In this document: piece after piece, positions 1-13,629 of the stretch
How positions within the stretch are numbered: the first letter of the stretch is position 1
Layout of the letters: each line of letters opens with the position of its first letter
DNA from: Eledone cirrhosa
Lineage: Eukaryota
NCBI GenBank assembly: GCA_964016885.1
Contig: OZ024740.1
Span: 333,002,001-333,066,000, forward strand
Direction of reading: 5' to 3'
Length of the DNA: 64,000 nt
The notes under the pieces: model-generated
Told to the model about the DNA's origin: nothing
What the model saw: only the letters and a program-made list of their open reading frames with translations
Database searches by the model: none
Translations under genes and position numbers: made by a program

Positions 1-1419
1 ATCTCGCCCCCACGATAACCTAGATACATCACCTATCCCACCACCCCTCTGTGTACGCTAAATACAACAACCAGATAACGGCAATTCCACCACCACCACC
101 GATACCAGCATAATAATAATAATTAATAATTACTATTATTGTTTCTCAAGTTTTCTCAAAATGTTTAATTCAAATATTAAGGTAATATGTCAACATATAT
201 ATTAAACATAGGCGACAAACCGCATAGATATACAAATCAAACAAACGAATACTAGCTACAGTCTATTCAACAGAACTCAGTAGCGACAACGCCATCTATA
301 CAGTCACCGCCGCCACCAGTCCATCACTGCTACGCCACTACCTTCTGTTAACTTAAGAAAGGGGAAGGTGGCGGTATCACTCGACAAGGGAGAGACTAGC
401 AAAATATATATACAGACTGACTTAGTCACCCGGTCAAACGTCAACGCCTATGGAACTGCTGGCTCCCCCTTCCCCACCAACAATAGAACAAAGCCCCAGC
501 ACCACCACCGACATAGCCAACAACAACAACAGGCAACTTCCAAAAAAGTATATTATATTATTAATAATAATTTCATTCTTAAGCCACGCAGTGCTCACAT
601 TAAGGAACCACTCATGATATAAACAATTTAAAAAAGAAAAAAAAAGAAAACCCCGTGGCTAAGAAATACCGGGATGGCGGCCGGCGGAAAATAGCCGTGT
701 CTGTAGGGGAGGACGACCCCTCTAGTATTGGTTGACACTCGTCCTAGGAGTGGTAACACGAAATGATTACTCCTTGGCGGTTAAGGATAAAACGCAACAA
801 AATAAAGCCAATGTCAAATGATAAAATCTCATACCGGATCGGCCGTCACTCGAGTCAAAAAGGGCCTCGTCCCTCAGAGAGGAATCAGACTGGGGTCGAA
901 GAATCAGCTAATGGTTCAAACCTTCCCATCAATTCGGAGCTGGAGCCTCCCATTGCCGGAATACTCCTACTGTTGGCCCTCGATGTTCACCACCAAGAAA
1001 TCCAAAGAAAAAGAAAGTAAAAATGGTCAAGGGAAGACAATAAAGAAGTCCTTGGGGCTTTCTACACTGCCATGTAGTACCCATCAAATAGATCGAATAC
1101 AGAACAGACATATATCAACTGGAATAAGAAACATCCCGAAAACAGAGGCTATATTGACAGTAACAAACTAGCCAATATACGAAGAAATATTGTTAAGAAA
1201 AAGTTACTAACTGATATAAATATTGATCAAGCAATTAGCACAAAGTCAGCGAAGGGAAAATGAAACATGTGTCAGTGAAAATGAGGTAAATTGTAACACT
1301 TCGAATCCCAGGGTCGAGGCCGAATCACTGACAGCAGAACAAATTAAAGAAAGGATCGAAAAAAGTGGAGGGAGTGCATGCTCAAGATGAAACTCAAAAT
1401 TACAATGAAATTGTGAACG

Positions 1420-2547
1420 AGCCAGAAAAGATACCATCATGGCTAGTTAACGGCATTACATTCCTACTTCCGAAGAATGATGAGACAAACAATCCCCAAA
1501 ATTACAGACCGATAACTTGCTTGACCACAATGTATAACATTTTAACATCAGTTCTAACTGAATATACATATGTCCACCTGATAACAAATGATCTATTTCC
1601 CAAAGAGCAGAAAGGGTGTAAACGAAGCTCATATGGCTGTAAAGATCAGCTTTTGGTTAACAAAATGATACTGGAAGATTGTCATAATAGACACAAAAAT
1701 CTATCAATTGCTCGGATAGATTACAAAACGGCATTCGATAGTTTGCCACACAGTTGGATTGAAAAATGTTTAGAGATTTTCAAAATATCTCCCGTTGTCA
1801 GGAGATTCCTGTCATTCAGTACGAAGACATGGAAAACGACACTCCTTTTGAATAGTGAAAAAAAATCACTGGAAGCTGGAGAAGTTAATAATAATTGTGG
1901 AATTTTACCATTAAGTAAAATGCTCAATGAAACAAAACATGGATATAAAGTCTATGACAGAACCATTAATCACTTGTTCTACATGGATAACCTGAAACTA
2001 TTTGCAAAAAAATGATGAACAATTGCAAGGGCTATTATCCACTGTGAAGCAGTTCAGTGATGACATTAAAATGGAGTTTGGACTAGATAAATGCGCCAAA
2101 GCAACGTTCACCAGAGGAAAGCTGCTGAAAAGTTCAGACATTAATCTTGATCGGCGGAATGTGATGAGAGAACTTGATCAAGAGGAAATTTGTAAATATC
2201 TAGGTGTTTGTGAAGGAGACGGAATCAAGCACTCGACAATGAGGGAAAATATAAGGAAAGAATGTTACCGCAGAGTAAGAGCAATCTTAAGAATGGAATT
2301 GAATGCAAGGAATAGGATCGATGCCATAAACACGCTTGCGATACCAGTAGTAACCGACAGTTACAATGTCATCAACTGGTCAAGCACAGAGATCCGTAGG
2401 CTCAATACAAAATTTAGAAAATACTTAACCATGTACAGAATGCATCACCCTAAGACAGATACAGATAGAATATATCTCCCTAGGAAAGAAGGAGGACGTG
2501 CGTTAATCCAGTTAGACATTGCGTTGAAAATTGCAACACCTGGATTA
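1420..2547 (+). pseudogene. Reverse transcriptase of the R4/Dong element (frameshift ~2005)
   Basis: ORFs 1365-2015 and 2002-2637 carry consecutive non-LTR RT motifs. Homology stops at ..IATPGL, the transposon junction. Confidence 0.88.
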
Positions 2548-4286
2548 CACCGTGTAACATATATTTTCTTCCCCGGTTGTAAGTATCTTTTCCTGGTTTG
2601 GTACATCCCATTATTATATAAAAATAGTATAATTTAATCACGAGTTTGGGTTTATGGTCAGGAATTTGATATTTCGAAATTTTCATATTTTCAAGAAAAA
2701 ACACATTTTGAAAAGATTTATCAGTTCATATCTTTAAATCAACAGAGTTTATATTTATTTTATTACACAAGCTTATCAAAAGCAAACGAGTAAAGAAAAA
2801 TAACACTTATAAAGCAACTTATACGCGTCAGAAATGACTGGAATTCCTGGATTTCCGGTTGTAGTCCAGGTAGCATTCCCGCACTAGCCCCCAGATATAG
2901 TCCCCATCATGTTTTCATTGTATTGGCCCTGGTACCTCCGCTCTATCGCTTTCACATCTTGGTGGAATCGTTCACCTTGATCTTCTGAGTAGGCGCCCAT
3001 ATTGTCCTTGGAATTTTCCAGGTGAGCGTCCAGCATATGGAGTTTAAGCGACATCCTGCATCCCATGGCGCCAAAAGCCTTTATCAGATCCTGCACCTTG
3101 CTGGTAGTTTTCCACTCTGTAGTGTCCAGGGAAGCCCTTAACAACTGCATTGAAACAGTTCCATGCTGTTCTCTCAATCCTATTGAGCTTATTGGAGAAC
3201 TCGGTAGACTCAAGCACATTCTTTATCTGAGATCCAACAAAAATTCCACCTTTGATTTTGACCTCAGATAACTTGGGAAAGAACTCAAGAAGGTACTTAA
3301 AAGCGGCTGATTCTTGGTTGAGAGCCTTCACAAACTACTTCATCAACACCAACTTAATGTGCAGTGGCGGCTTGAGCACAGTCCTGGGATCAACATATTG
3401 CTCCCACACGACGTTTCGGGTCCCAACTACACATTCTGTTCGTTGCTCCCAGTTCTTTCTGTTGTAGTGGTCAGAGGTGGCTCTGCTGTCCCTAATGCAG
3501 AGGAAGCATTGGAATGTTATACAGACTGCTTGGAGTCCAAGCAGGAAAGCCACCATCCTGAAGTCTCCAATGATTTCCCAATTGTACTGGTTGTATTGCA
3601 GTGCTTCCAAGAGGACTTTCATACTGTAGTAATCTTCCTTCAGGCAGACTGAATGAGCTAGGGGCAGTGTCGGGAACTTATTTCCGTTGTGGTGGAGGAC
3701 AGCCTTTAAACTTGAGGTGGAGCTCTCTATAAATAGCCGCCACTCCTTGGGCACAAACGACACCCCAATAACGTCAAACAGTCCAGGTACGTCATGGCAG
3801 AAGCAGAGGCCATCCCTAAGAGTGTAAAAGTCTGAGAAAGGTTCGTGTCGATTTCTTTGACTTGTCACCTGCACTTCCTCCTTGACCAAGTTCCACTGCT
3901 TCATCCTGGAGACGAAGGCTTAAAACACAACTTACTCTTTATTCAGGGTGCGAATATCCAGCATCAATAAATATCTTTAATCCACTTTTTAACAATTTTA
4001 TACTTTATTGCACTTATATAATTTTCTTTAGGTATTACGCTTTATTTTATAATTTTAATTTAACCTGAAACATATATTAAAAAAATCATTTAACATAAGC
4101 AAATTAAACTTACATTCAACGTAAAATCCAGCATACAAATAATTCTAGTGAACAGCTTAGAATATTTACAAACCCATACTGTTAACTGTTTAATAGCACT
4201 TTTTTAAAGTTATTTGGGACCTAAGCAACACAAAAAAGTGATTGTAAGCCAGGAACAGAGAAAAACATTTTTTTTGTTACACGGTG
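2548..4286 (-). mobile_element. Chapaev3-type (CMC superfamily) DNA transposon, internally deleted
   Basis: 12-bp TIR CACCGTGTAACA (2548-2559) / TGTTACACGGTG (4275-4286). 3-bp TSD TTA at 2545-2547 and 4287-4289. CAC termini with a TWA TSD match Chapaev3. Confidence 0.8.
2860..3915 (-). pseudogene. Chapaev3-like transposase remnant (stop codon and frameshift)
   Basis: WRLFIESS..SLKAVLHHNGN, IIGDFRMVAFLLGLQ..CFLCIRDSR, PPLHIKL.LMK, KIKGGIFVG.QI, GCRMSLKLH.LDAHL, GAYSEDQGERFHQD..ERRYQG in ORFs 3335-3904, 3044-3331 and 2884-3219. Confidence 0.82.
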
Positions 4287-5274
4287 TTATCTACATATCT
4301 AAGGGAATCACATGATTGGATGATCAAACTCGTTTTGAAACACGAAAGCATCAAACGATCATATTCCATTACAAAAGATGCACAAAGATACAGTAATGGA
4401 CTACACATTTCAGAAGTTCCATTTACTGCTGAAATGAAAAACACTGAAAAAGCAAAGCAGGTAAAAGTAACAGCAAAGAAAGAACTGCTACAGAAACTGG
4501 CTAAGACATGGCAAGAAAAGCCTCTGTATGGAAAATACCCAGAGCGAGCTAACAATCCTAATATTGACAAAACCTTAACCCATCAGTGGTTGGCATCCTC
4601 TGGACTTATATCGGAGACTGACGGACTAATTATATCAGCACAAGATCAATGTCTGCCAACAAAAAATGACCAAGCCAACATAATAAAAAAATGGATGCAA
4701 CCCATTATGCCGTGTATGTAAAAAACAACCAGAGACCATTGATCATATCATTTCAATGTGCAGTCCTATTGCTCCAACCGAATACCTAAACAGGCACGAC
4801 AGAGCTGCACAATACATACATTGGATAATGTGTAAGCATTTTGACCTGCCCCATCAAAAGTATTGGTGAGAGCATCAACCACTTCCCGTACTTGAAAAAG
4901 ATCACATCTCAATCTTGCGGAACTTTAGCATCCAAAGAGACCGAAAAATAGATGCAAATAGACCTGATATCATGCTGAAGCACTTTAAAAAGAGGGTATG
5001 CCTGCTAGTTGATATGTCCGTTCCAATAGACAAGAATGTATCTATAAAATCATTTGAAAAATTGAGCAAGTATAAAGACCTGGAGATAGAAATTGGAAAA
5101 ATGTGGAAATTGAGAACTAAAACAATATCAGTGGTTGTAGGCGCTCTAGGAATGATACCTAAAGGGTCTAATGATTACTTATCCCAAATCCCGGGAAACC
5201 TGCGTACAGAAGAAATACAAAAGATAGTACTAATGGGAACTGCCCATATACTAAAGAAAATTCTGTCAATATAA
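4287..5274 (+). pseudogene. C-terminal CCHC knuckle and restriction-like endonuclease of the R4/Dong element
   Basis: The reading frame resumes in phase after the TSD (LSTYLRESHDW). WQEKPLYGKY, AQDQCLPT, CRVC, RHD, RPDI..D..K..KY, VVGALG. Confidence 0.88.
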
Positions 5275-6444
5275 ATACATCACAAGTCTAAGCACCTAAA
5301 GTTACATGTATGTGTGTATATGTTCTTTCTTCGACATGGCGGACCTTGTTGTCTCTTGAGATCACTGGTTGTCACTTGGAGAGAATTCGTATGAACATAA
5401 AGCAAGATAAATGAAATAATAATAATAATTATTATTATAATTACAACATGAAATATTGTATGAAAACCTACAAGAACATAGTTTAGCAGTTTCCAGATAA
5501 TAACGATAATAGGATTTGTGGATGACTTCAGGACATTCTCATGCAACATCTTTTAACCTTGAACACATTTGTTAACCTGGAACATTCTCGTTTATTTTCT
5601 ACACTTCTGTAACTGTTCCATCAAATGCACCCAATTCCTGTTTTAAAAAAGGAAATGCCCGCGGTAATTCTAGAAACGTGCATAATAAACGCAATAACAA
5701 TAGTGAAAATATAAATAAAAAATAAGAAAAAAATTTAAATTAATAATAAACTAAATGAAATTTTAAAGAATATATTTTTAACATTATTCCTTTATTAAAA
5801 TATTAGTTGCGTCTCTGCACTAAGAAAAAAGTATAATAACACAAATTATCAATAAGTTTGTAATTCTAATCAGGATGGATGTTAATTATATTGACAGAAT
5901 CTCGTGCCAAGGAAGAGAAAAAAAATTACATTTCTATCACGTAGGTTTTGCTAATGAAGTTTGACACCAGAGGGATTAACAAAAAGCGTTAAAATAGGCT
6001 AAGAAGAAATAATTTCGATGATACATCAGCGTTTAAAAAAATCCCCAGGATAATCAAAATCTGAGAAGATAAATTTGTGTCAAAGCCTCTTTTTAAACGA
6101 CATATTTCTTACGAAACTCAACAATGTGAAGTATTAATTTATTGGTCATGCATTTGATGAAGGCATTGTTCATACATTGTCCAAATCTTCAGACCAATGC
6201 TCTCAAATTCATGTCAATATATCTAATCTTGTATTATAAGTACATGAAAATATCATTGTATTGCATTCAATTTTAGCAATAAAAGGACCATGAATTAGTT
6301 TGTAGAGATAAGCGGGGGAATTAATCAACGTCGCAGTGACAATGGGTCTAGTAGTATGGGAAACATTCCATACACATGCATAGAGATATATAACTTCATG
6401 TATAATTGTGATTCACATGTAAGAAACTATTCTATTATATAATA

Positions 6445-6938
6445 CTAGCAGAAAAACGACCCTTCGGATGGTTTTTTGCTAGCATGTGTAGTGTGTATAT
6501 TGATATTATACACAAATATATATGCATGTAGATATGATACATAAAATAAAATCGTAATTGAAAATATACGCAGAAATTGAACGAAGTCTATGTTACACTG
6601 TCTTCTGTAATGAGTAAAGTAACCCATGATACATTAAAAAAAAGACGATATTATATATAATCTGCATTAGGAGAAAATTAGCGACGGAAATATATGCGAT
6701 AGTTTTATAAGTGTTATAATATAACGGTCGCTTACCGGAAGTATTGACATTTGAAAATGTTAGAGAAGTGAATCTTTAAATAAGCTATAATATATATTTA
6801 CTCAACAGCCACGAAATTTAGCACATAAATTATGTAATATTCATTCATTATTTATTCAAAGTAATCCAACTTATTTTACAAACGGGGTAAAAAAAATATA
6901 TTCTGGACGCAGTCCCGCACTGCTTACTTTATTATAGT
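6445..6938 (-). mobile_element. Possible non-autonomous Helitron
   Basis: On the minus strand it starts near CTATAATAAAGTAAG and ends in an imperfect hairpin terminating CTAG followed by T. The canonical 5' TC is not intact and there is no coding sequence. Confidence 0.35.
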
Positions 6939-7514
6939 TAACATTGTTGTCATAAATCACCAATCCCAACAGTAACAGTAATAATGAAGGTTCTAAAAAT
7001 CGTGCTATTTGAGCATTTCAAAAGTATCGAAATATTTCAATTCTTTAATCAAATATCACATGTTTGAATATTAAGAAGTAATATATGATATGATACCAAA
7101 ATATAATAATAAAAATAATTACTAAGCCATAAATAAAAAGCCTAGCATATGATATATATGACAATATTAATTTAGTATCAAACGAATGGACTGCGACGAA
7201 ATCATTAAATGCATAATACATTAACGTGTGAAACATTTCTTCTTAGAAGATTTCATTAAGAATACTTACATATTTTATCTATATATTTAAATTGATTTTG
7301 AATATAAGACGTTAAATTAAATGTTTCATTTATTTTCTGAAGAGGATTATTTAATTCTGTTCAGTGTGATAATCGTATCAACGTTGAACATACGTGTCGT
7401 ATTGGTGCCAAAATAAATTAAAGCTGTCGAATTGTATTTTAAAGAGCTTTAGTATGATTTTGTAATAAATATGAGTATAGTCATAAAAACGTGTATATAT
7501 ATATATATATATAT

Positions 7515-8100
7515 ATATTGGAAAATGTGTGTAATCCTTGGTACAGTTAGGTATATTAAGACAGAGAGGAAGAAAAGAAAAAATGGCTTCACTTGTGCTT
7601 TCAACAAATTATTTTCTTCACAAAATCCCAAAAGAATTTTTCTTAAAAAAAATTATTTTATAAATTAAGTTGTTGGTTGTTGGTTAGATCTTAGGAGTTC
7701 TTGGTTAACGTAGGAGGTATTGTTTCGTTTTTAGAAAGACCTTTCATGCTGAGGTGCGCTTGTCAAACTGATGTGTATGTGGTGTGTTGTTCTATATATA
7801 GGGATTTAACATGTCTGTGGTGTGGTGGGGGTTTCTTTTCTCCCCCTTTAATAAGTGCATGGGTGTAGGTGTGTTGAAAAAGTGTTCATAGCAGTAATGA
7901 GTTGAGACGGTGAGTAGGGTTGGGTGGGGAGAAATGTAGCCAGTGCGGCCTGCCCAGGTCATTCTCGAAAAATTCCTTTATTCAGGGGAAAAAGCTTTTA
8001 GCATTGCTTTTGCGTTGAGAATGGTCACAGGCAAATCGCACCTGTCAAGTTTGTGAATAATTATTTTTTTCTTTTTTTCCTGAAGAATTTTTCTACGTCC
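7515..8100 (-). mobile_element. Decayed Penelope-like 3' fragment
   Basis: Degenerate HHR-like core on the minus strand (GTGAAGA..GAAA, ~7585-7625) abutting (TA)n. Only weak coding-like sequence upstream. Confidence 0.25.
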
Positions 8101-8124
8101 ATCCCAAAGTTAGTCCTTTGTTCA

Positions 8125-9130
<1,006 letters not shown>

Positions 9131-9132
<2 letters not shown>

Positions 9133-9737
9133 TGGCTGCCAACTCGTTTTCGAGTACGGCCACTACTTTATATCCATGTAGGAGAACCCCTACCGATGCG
9201 TTGAACGAGTGTGATTTTTAGTCCAGCCAGTGACTTGAAAACTCTGGTACAAACACTACACTTGTGATAATTATTGACACATAGTGCTTTGCCCATGGTA
9301 CCATGTGACGACAAGTGCAGAGAGATCTCCAGATATAAAGCAATGCCGGTGCCGTGAAGCTTTTATAGTGAGCAAAAGCACTGCACAAAGCCAGTCCCAC
9401 TCTCTTAACCAAGATGATATTTACCAAAAAGAAGAACAAGCCAACATCATTGGATACCATCAGGGTTGCAGGTGTTATATCAGAGTTTTCCTTCTCCTAG
9501 AATTCTGCCTTGACAAAGGCTAAGGGGTCATCTCTCCCGGTGATTTTGGATGGCCATTGACTCTTAAGAGCTCCTTTGCCCTTTGACAGGTTTTGTTTTT
9601 AGTCCTGCAGGATGTCGAAAGTCACCCTCCTCACCAAAAAACCTTGGTGGGGTTGCCAGTTTAGTCGCCAACGACCCGACCATGAGACAGGTTGTACAGG
9701 GATACATGTTACCAGTAGCACCAACTGGTGACCTGAC
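9131..9737 (-). mobile_element. ~607-bp non-coding retroposon (RTE-5'UTR-like), copy A, in (TA)n
   Basis: Highly similar inverted copy at 10373-10978 and a truncated copy at 35579-35658. All abut (TA)n. Contains GGCGACTAAAC and CCTTCTCCTAG motifs that I recall from RTE 5' UTRs. The RTE link is inference. Confidence 0.75.
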
Positions 9738-9813
9738 ATATATATATATATATACACATAAATATACAAACATACACATACATACATGTACATATACACA
9801 TATATACACACAT

Positions 9814-9908
<95 letters not shown>

Positions 9909-10233
9909 TACAAACATACACACATCCATACATATATATATACACACACACACACACACATACATACACACACCCACATACATATATACCCACACGTACA
10001 TACATCCATACATCCCTACACACATATATGTGTGTGTACCTCACCGTTTACTCAGATATTCATGTGTATACATAAGAAGAGGGGGGGGGGGTAGTGAAAT
10101 GGAATTTTACCTCCGAGTGTTAATTCATTTTTTCGTGTTCAGTAGTGGTTTAAATTTTTCAATGAAGAATTTTTCTTTATATCTGCGGAAATGTTCGTTA
10201 TCCGACCATATCTTGAAGAAAGGGAAGATTGTG

Positions 10234-10331
<98 letters not shown>

Positions 10332-10332
10332 A

Positions 10333-10369
<37 letters not shown>

Positions 10370-10372
10370 TAT
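9738..10372. repeat. Microsatellite spacer containing a PLE GIY-YIG C-terminal fragment (10080-10240, minus strand)
   Basis: (TA)n/(CA)n tracts. 10135-10238 is homologous to 38170-38275 ([18 protein letters not shown] on the minus strand). Confidence 0.8.
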
Positions 10373-10978
10373 GTCAGGTCACCAGTTGGTGCTACTGGTA
10401 ACATGTATCCGAGTACAACCTGTCTCATGGTCGTGTCGTTGGCGACTAAACTGGCAACCCCACCAAGGTTTATTGGTGAGGAGGGTGACTTTCGACATCC
10501 TGCAGGACTAAAAACAAACCAGTCAAAGGGCAAAGGAGCTCTTAAGAGTCAATGGCCATCCAAAATCACCGGGAGAGATGACCCTTAGCCTTTGTCAAGG
10601 CAGAATTCTAGGAGAACGAAAACTCTGATATAACACCTGCAACCCTGATGGTATCCAATGATGTTGACTTGTTCTTCTTTTTGGTAAATATCATCTTGGT
10701 TAAGAGAGTGGGACTGGCTTTGTGCAGTGCTTTTGCTCACTATAAGAGCTTCACGGCACAGGCATTGCTTTATATCTGGAGATCTCTCTGCACTTGTCGT
10801 CACATGGTACCATGGGCCCAGCACTATGTGTCAGTAATTGTCACAAGTGTAGTGTTTGTACCAGCGTTTTCAAGTCGCTGGCTGGACTAAAAAGTCACAC
10901 TCGCTTAGCGCATTGGTAGGGGCTCTCCTACATGGATATAAAGTAGTGGCCGTACTCGAAAACGAGTTGACAGCCATC
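10373..10978 (+). mobile_element. ~606-bp non-coding retroposon (RTE-5'UTR-like), copy B, inverted relative to copy A
   Basis: Reverse complement of 9131-9737 with scattered substitutions. Flanked by (TA)n. Confidence 0.75.
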
Positions 10979-11501
10979 ATATATATATATGGGGGGGGGG
11001 TATGTGTGTGTGCGTGTATGCAATTATGAGACTGCCAATTTGTAATTATGAAGGTATATAGAGGCAATTATTATTACCTGAAATTCATGCGAGCTACCTA
11101 TCTCTTTCGTAGTTACTCAGTGTCAGAATAGCATCCGATTAATTATAGCATATTAATATTGATTGCAACACCAGTATTTAGCCTTTGAAGGGAAACATAA
11201 CTGATCAGCATTTGAAATATCGTGAAAAGATCAGCGGGAGTTTATCGAGTACCTCTATATTTACGATATTTTAAAGTTATACATAAACAATGCAAAAACA
11301 TTAATATATTTTTCCAAATTTGCTGAAGATTAAGAATGCACGTGAGATACATCTGCTGCGATTAATTTCACTCTGAGGGCCTTCCGGAACATATATCTAC
11401 CTGGCATGTATTTTAAACCAAACACACACACGCGCACACATACGCACACACACACGCACGCACACACACAGACACAGACACACACATATATATATATATA
11501 T

Positions 11502-13594
11502 ACTCTTTAACTCTTTTACACTTTACCTGTTCCAGCCATTCACCTTATGCCATACTGGGGCACCGCCCTTGTAATTGCTACAAGTTCTATATCCAGCCTG
11601 TGTTGGCTGGCTATTTGTGTAAAAGGGAGTTCGCTGCTGCTGCCCTTAGGATACCTTCGTAACGTGCTGTGGGCTCATCCGGGATCCTGGATAAGAAAGG
11701 TCAAGATGTTTCTTGAAAATATCCACCACCACACCATGCTGATCTCACACATTTCTTGGCACTTGTTGAAGAGAGGAGATCCTTTGAACCCCAGGCTATT
11801 TCAATATCTGCTCCTTATTCTAGATGTGAAAGATGCGACCTTTGGCACCACACAGTGACGTCTTATTCGGGGGTTGGTCCAGCTCTCAATGCCAAAGTTT
11901 GGTGCTAGTCTTTCCAGGATTTTCAATATATATATTACGGCGTGTCTGTCCTGTCTTCGTTCCAAGGAGTACAGTTTCAGTTCTTTTAGCCTCTTCGAGG
12001 TAATCCTCCTGGTGTACCTTTGTTGCCTCAAGATTGCCTCAAGCTCTGTTGTTAGTTTCATACTATTGGGTGTCCACAGTTGGGAGCAGTAGTCCAGTTG
12101 GCTTAGGACGAATGTCCTCTATATTATCAACATGGTCTCTCGGTCTCTTGTCCGGAAAGTTCTCAAGATCCAGCCAGTGAGTCATCTGCACATTGTCGCC
12201 ACACTCATGATGTGTGAAGAAAAAGATGCATCGTATCTCATGTCTATCCTCATGTCTATCCCCGGCACGGGAAGTTCGATCCTTCCTGGTCCAGCATTAA
12301 ACTGCATGTTGTCCTAAGCATATTTGTATATAACATCCAGATCTTGTTGCAAAAGGGAAACATCAGCCGGGTTTTAGATTGCCTCGGCTACATTTGTGTC
12401 ATAAGCATAGCTACTGAGTGATGTTGTATGTACTACGGAGGGCATGTCTGAGAGAGCCACCAAAGACAGTGTTGGTCCCAGGACTCTGTTTGTAACATAA
12501 CATTTCGCAGTCGACCTTGTCAGTGGCCTTCGCAAAGTCAAGATATTTCATGTCCCCATGTGAGCTGTCCAACAGTTGTTTCAGTACTCATTCATAGTAT
12601 GGTAACAGCTGTGTAAGGCACCTTCTTCCTGGACGAAAGCCATTCTGCGTGCTAGTTAGGCGGTCATTTCTCTCGAGGAACAGTGATCAGTTTCTCTCTG
12701 ATAATTCGTTCCATGATGTGACGTCAAGTAGACTGGCCTGTAGTTTTAGGCTTCCGCTCTGCTCCCTCCTTTAAGGATAAGGCATATTGTGCCTTCTAAC
12801 TCTCTGAAGAGTTTACCGCTAGACAAAGAACTTCTGAAGAGGATCTTCAGTGGTCTTGCTAAGGCCCGCTTACACATTTTTAGGAGGACTGCTAGGATTC
12901 CATCAGTTCCAGCAGCCGAGTTTGTTCTAATTTCTCTTATGGCGGATATCACATCTTCCACTGTTATGTCTATGTGGTTTATGGTCGTCATTTCTTGGTG
13001 GAGGTGTTGTGGCATCAAAGAAATCCTTTGGCTTTGTTATGTGCATGTGCCTTATGAGAGTGTCAACACACGTTTGTACTGATCGTTCAGTATTTCACTT
13101 ATCCCTTGGGGATCCTCTGTTAATGAACCATTTTTATGGAAGAGTGGCCTAATTCTCCAGTGTACAGAGGCAGTGGCTTTTGAAAATTTAAAGAAGGTGT
13201 TAAGGTTTGTTTTGATATTTTGTATGGCCCTGGCTTCGCTCTCTGTCCTCTAGTTCTCATGTGAAAGATTGACTGCAGTTTCAATTTCAAGCAGCGCCTG
13301 TTTCATATAGTTATCCTTTTTGTTCTTCTGTTGTGCATTTAACTGGATTGAGAGCTTAGTTATTCGTCCCATAAGGATATTCCTGTCTCTGGGAATAAGA
13401 TGTTTGTGTCCGTTGGCCTTTTTGTCCGGGACAAACTTATGGCATAGAGTTTGAATTGTTGTCATGAAACGTTGAAAATGTGTGTTAATGTCTTTTGTGG
13501 TGATGTTTTCACTCCAGTTCTGTTTACGGATCACTTTCTTGATCTTTTTCCAGTTAACCTTGTGAAAGTTTAGGCTGGATGAATTCCCGGTGCC

Positions 13595-13595
<1 letters not shown>
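11502..13595 (-). mobile_element. CR1-clade LINE, 5'-truncated and degenerate
   Basis: NFHKVNW, NSAAGTDGI, NYRPV, YLDFAKA, SYAYDT (YADD), LDYCSQLWTP, LKLYSLERRQDR. The 3' tail (GGCGGTGCCCCAGTATGGC..GTAAAAGAGT) resembles the tail shared with octopus SINEs. Confidence 0.85.

Positions 13596-13629
<34 letters not shown>

Larger units (their letters stand above)
570..5440 (+). mobile_element. R4/Dong-clade non-LTR retrotransposon (RT + CCHC + restriction-like endonuclease), internally deleted, frameshifted, interrupted by a DNA transposon
   Basis: N-terminal KWSREDNKEV motif (~1020). RT motifs NYRPITCL, EQKGC, GCKDQLL, IDYKTAFDSLPH, HLFYMDNLKL, FGLDKC, YLG. CRVC..ETIDHIISMC (~4707-4760). RPDI..LLVDMSVP..K..KY (PD-(D/E)xK) at 4915-5274. 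Both ends lie in (TAA)n-like tracts, the known Dong-type target. The 5' boundary is approximate. Confidence 0.88.

Noticed and set aside
10440-10500. Twister ribozyme suggested by GAGGAGGG in the RTE-like leader
   Set aside because: Lacks the UAAC..GCC and GGUCCCAAGCCC elements.
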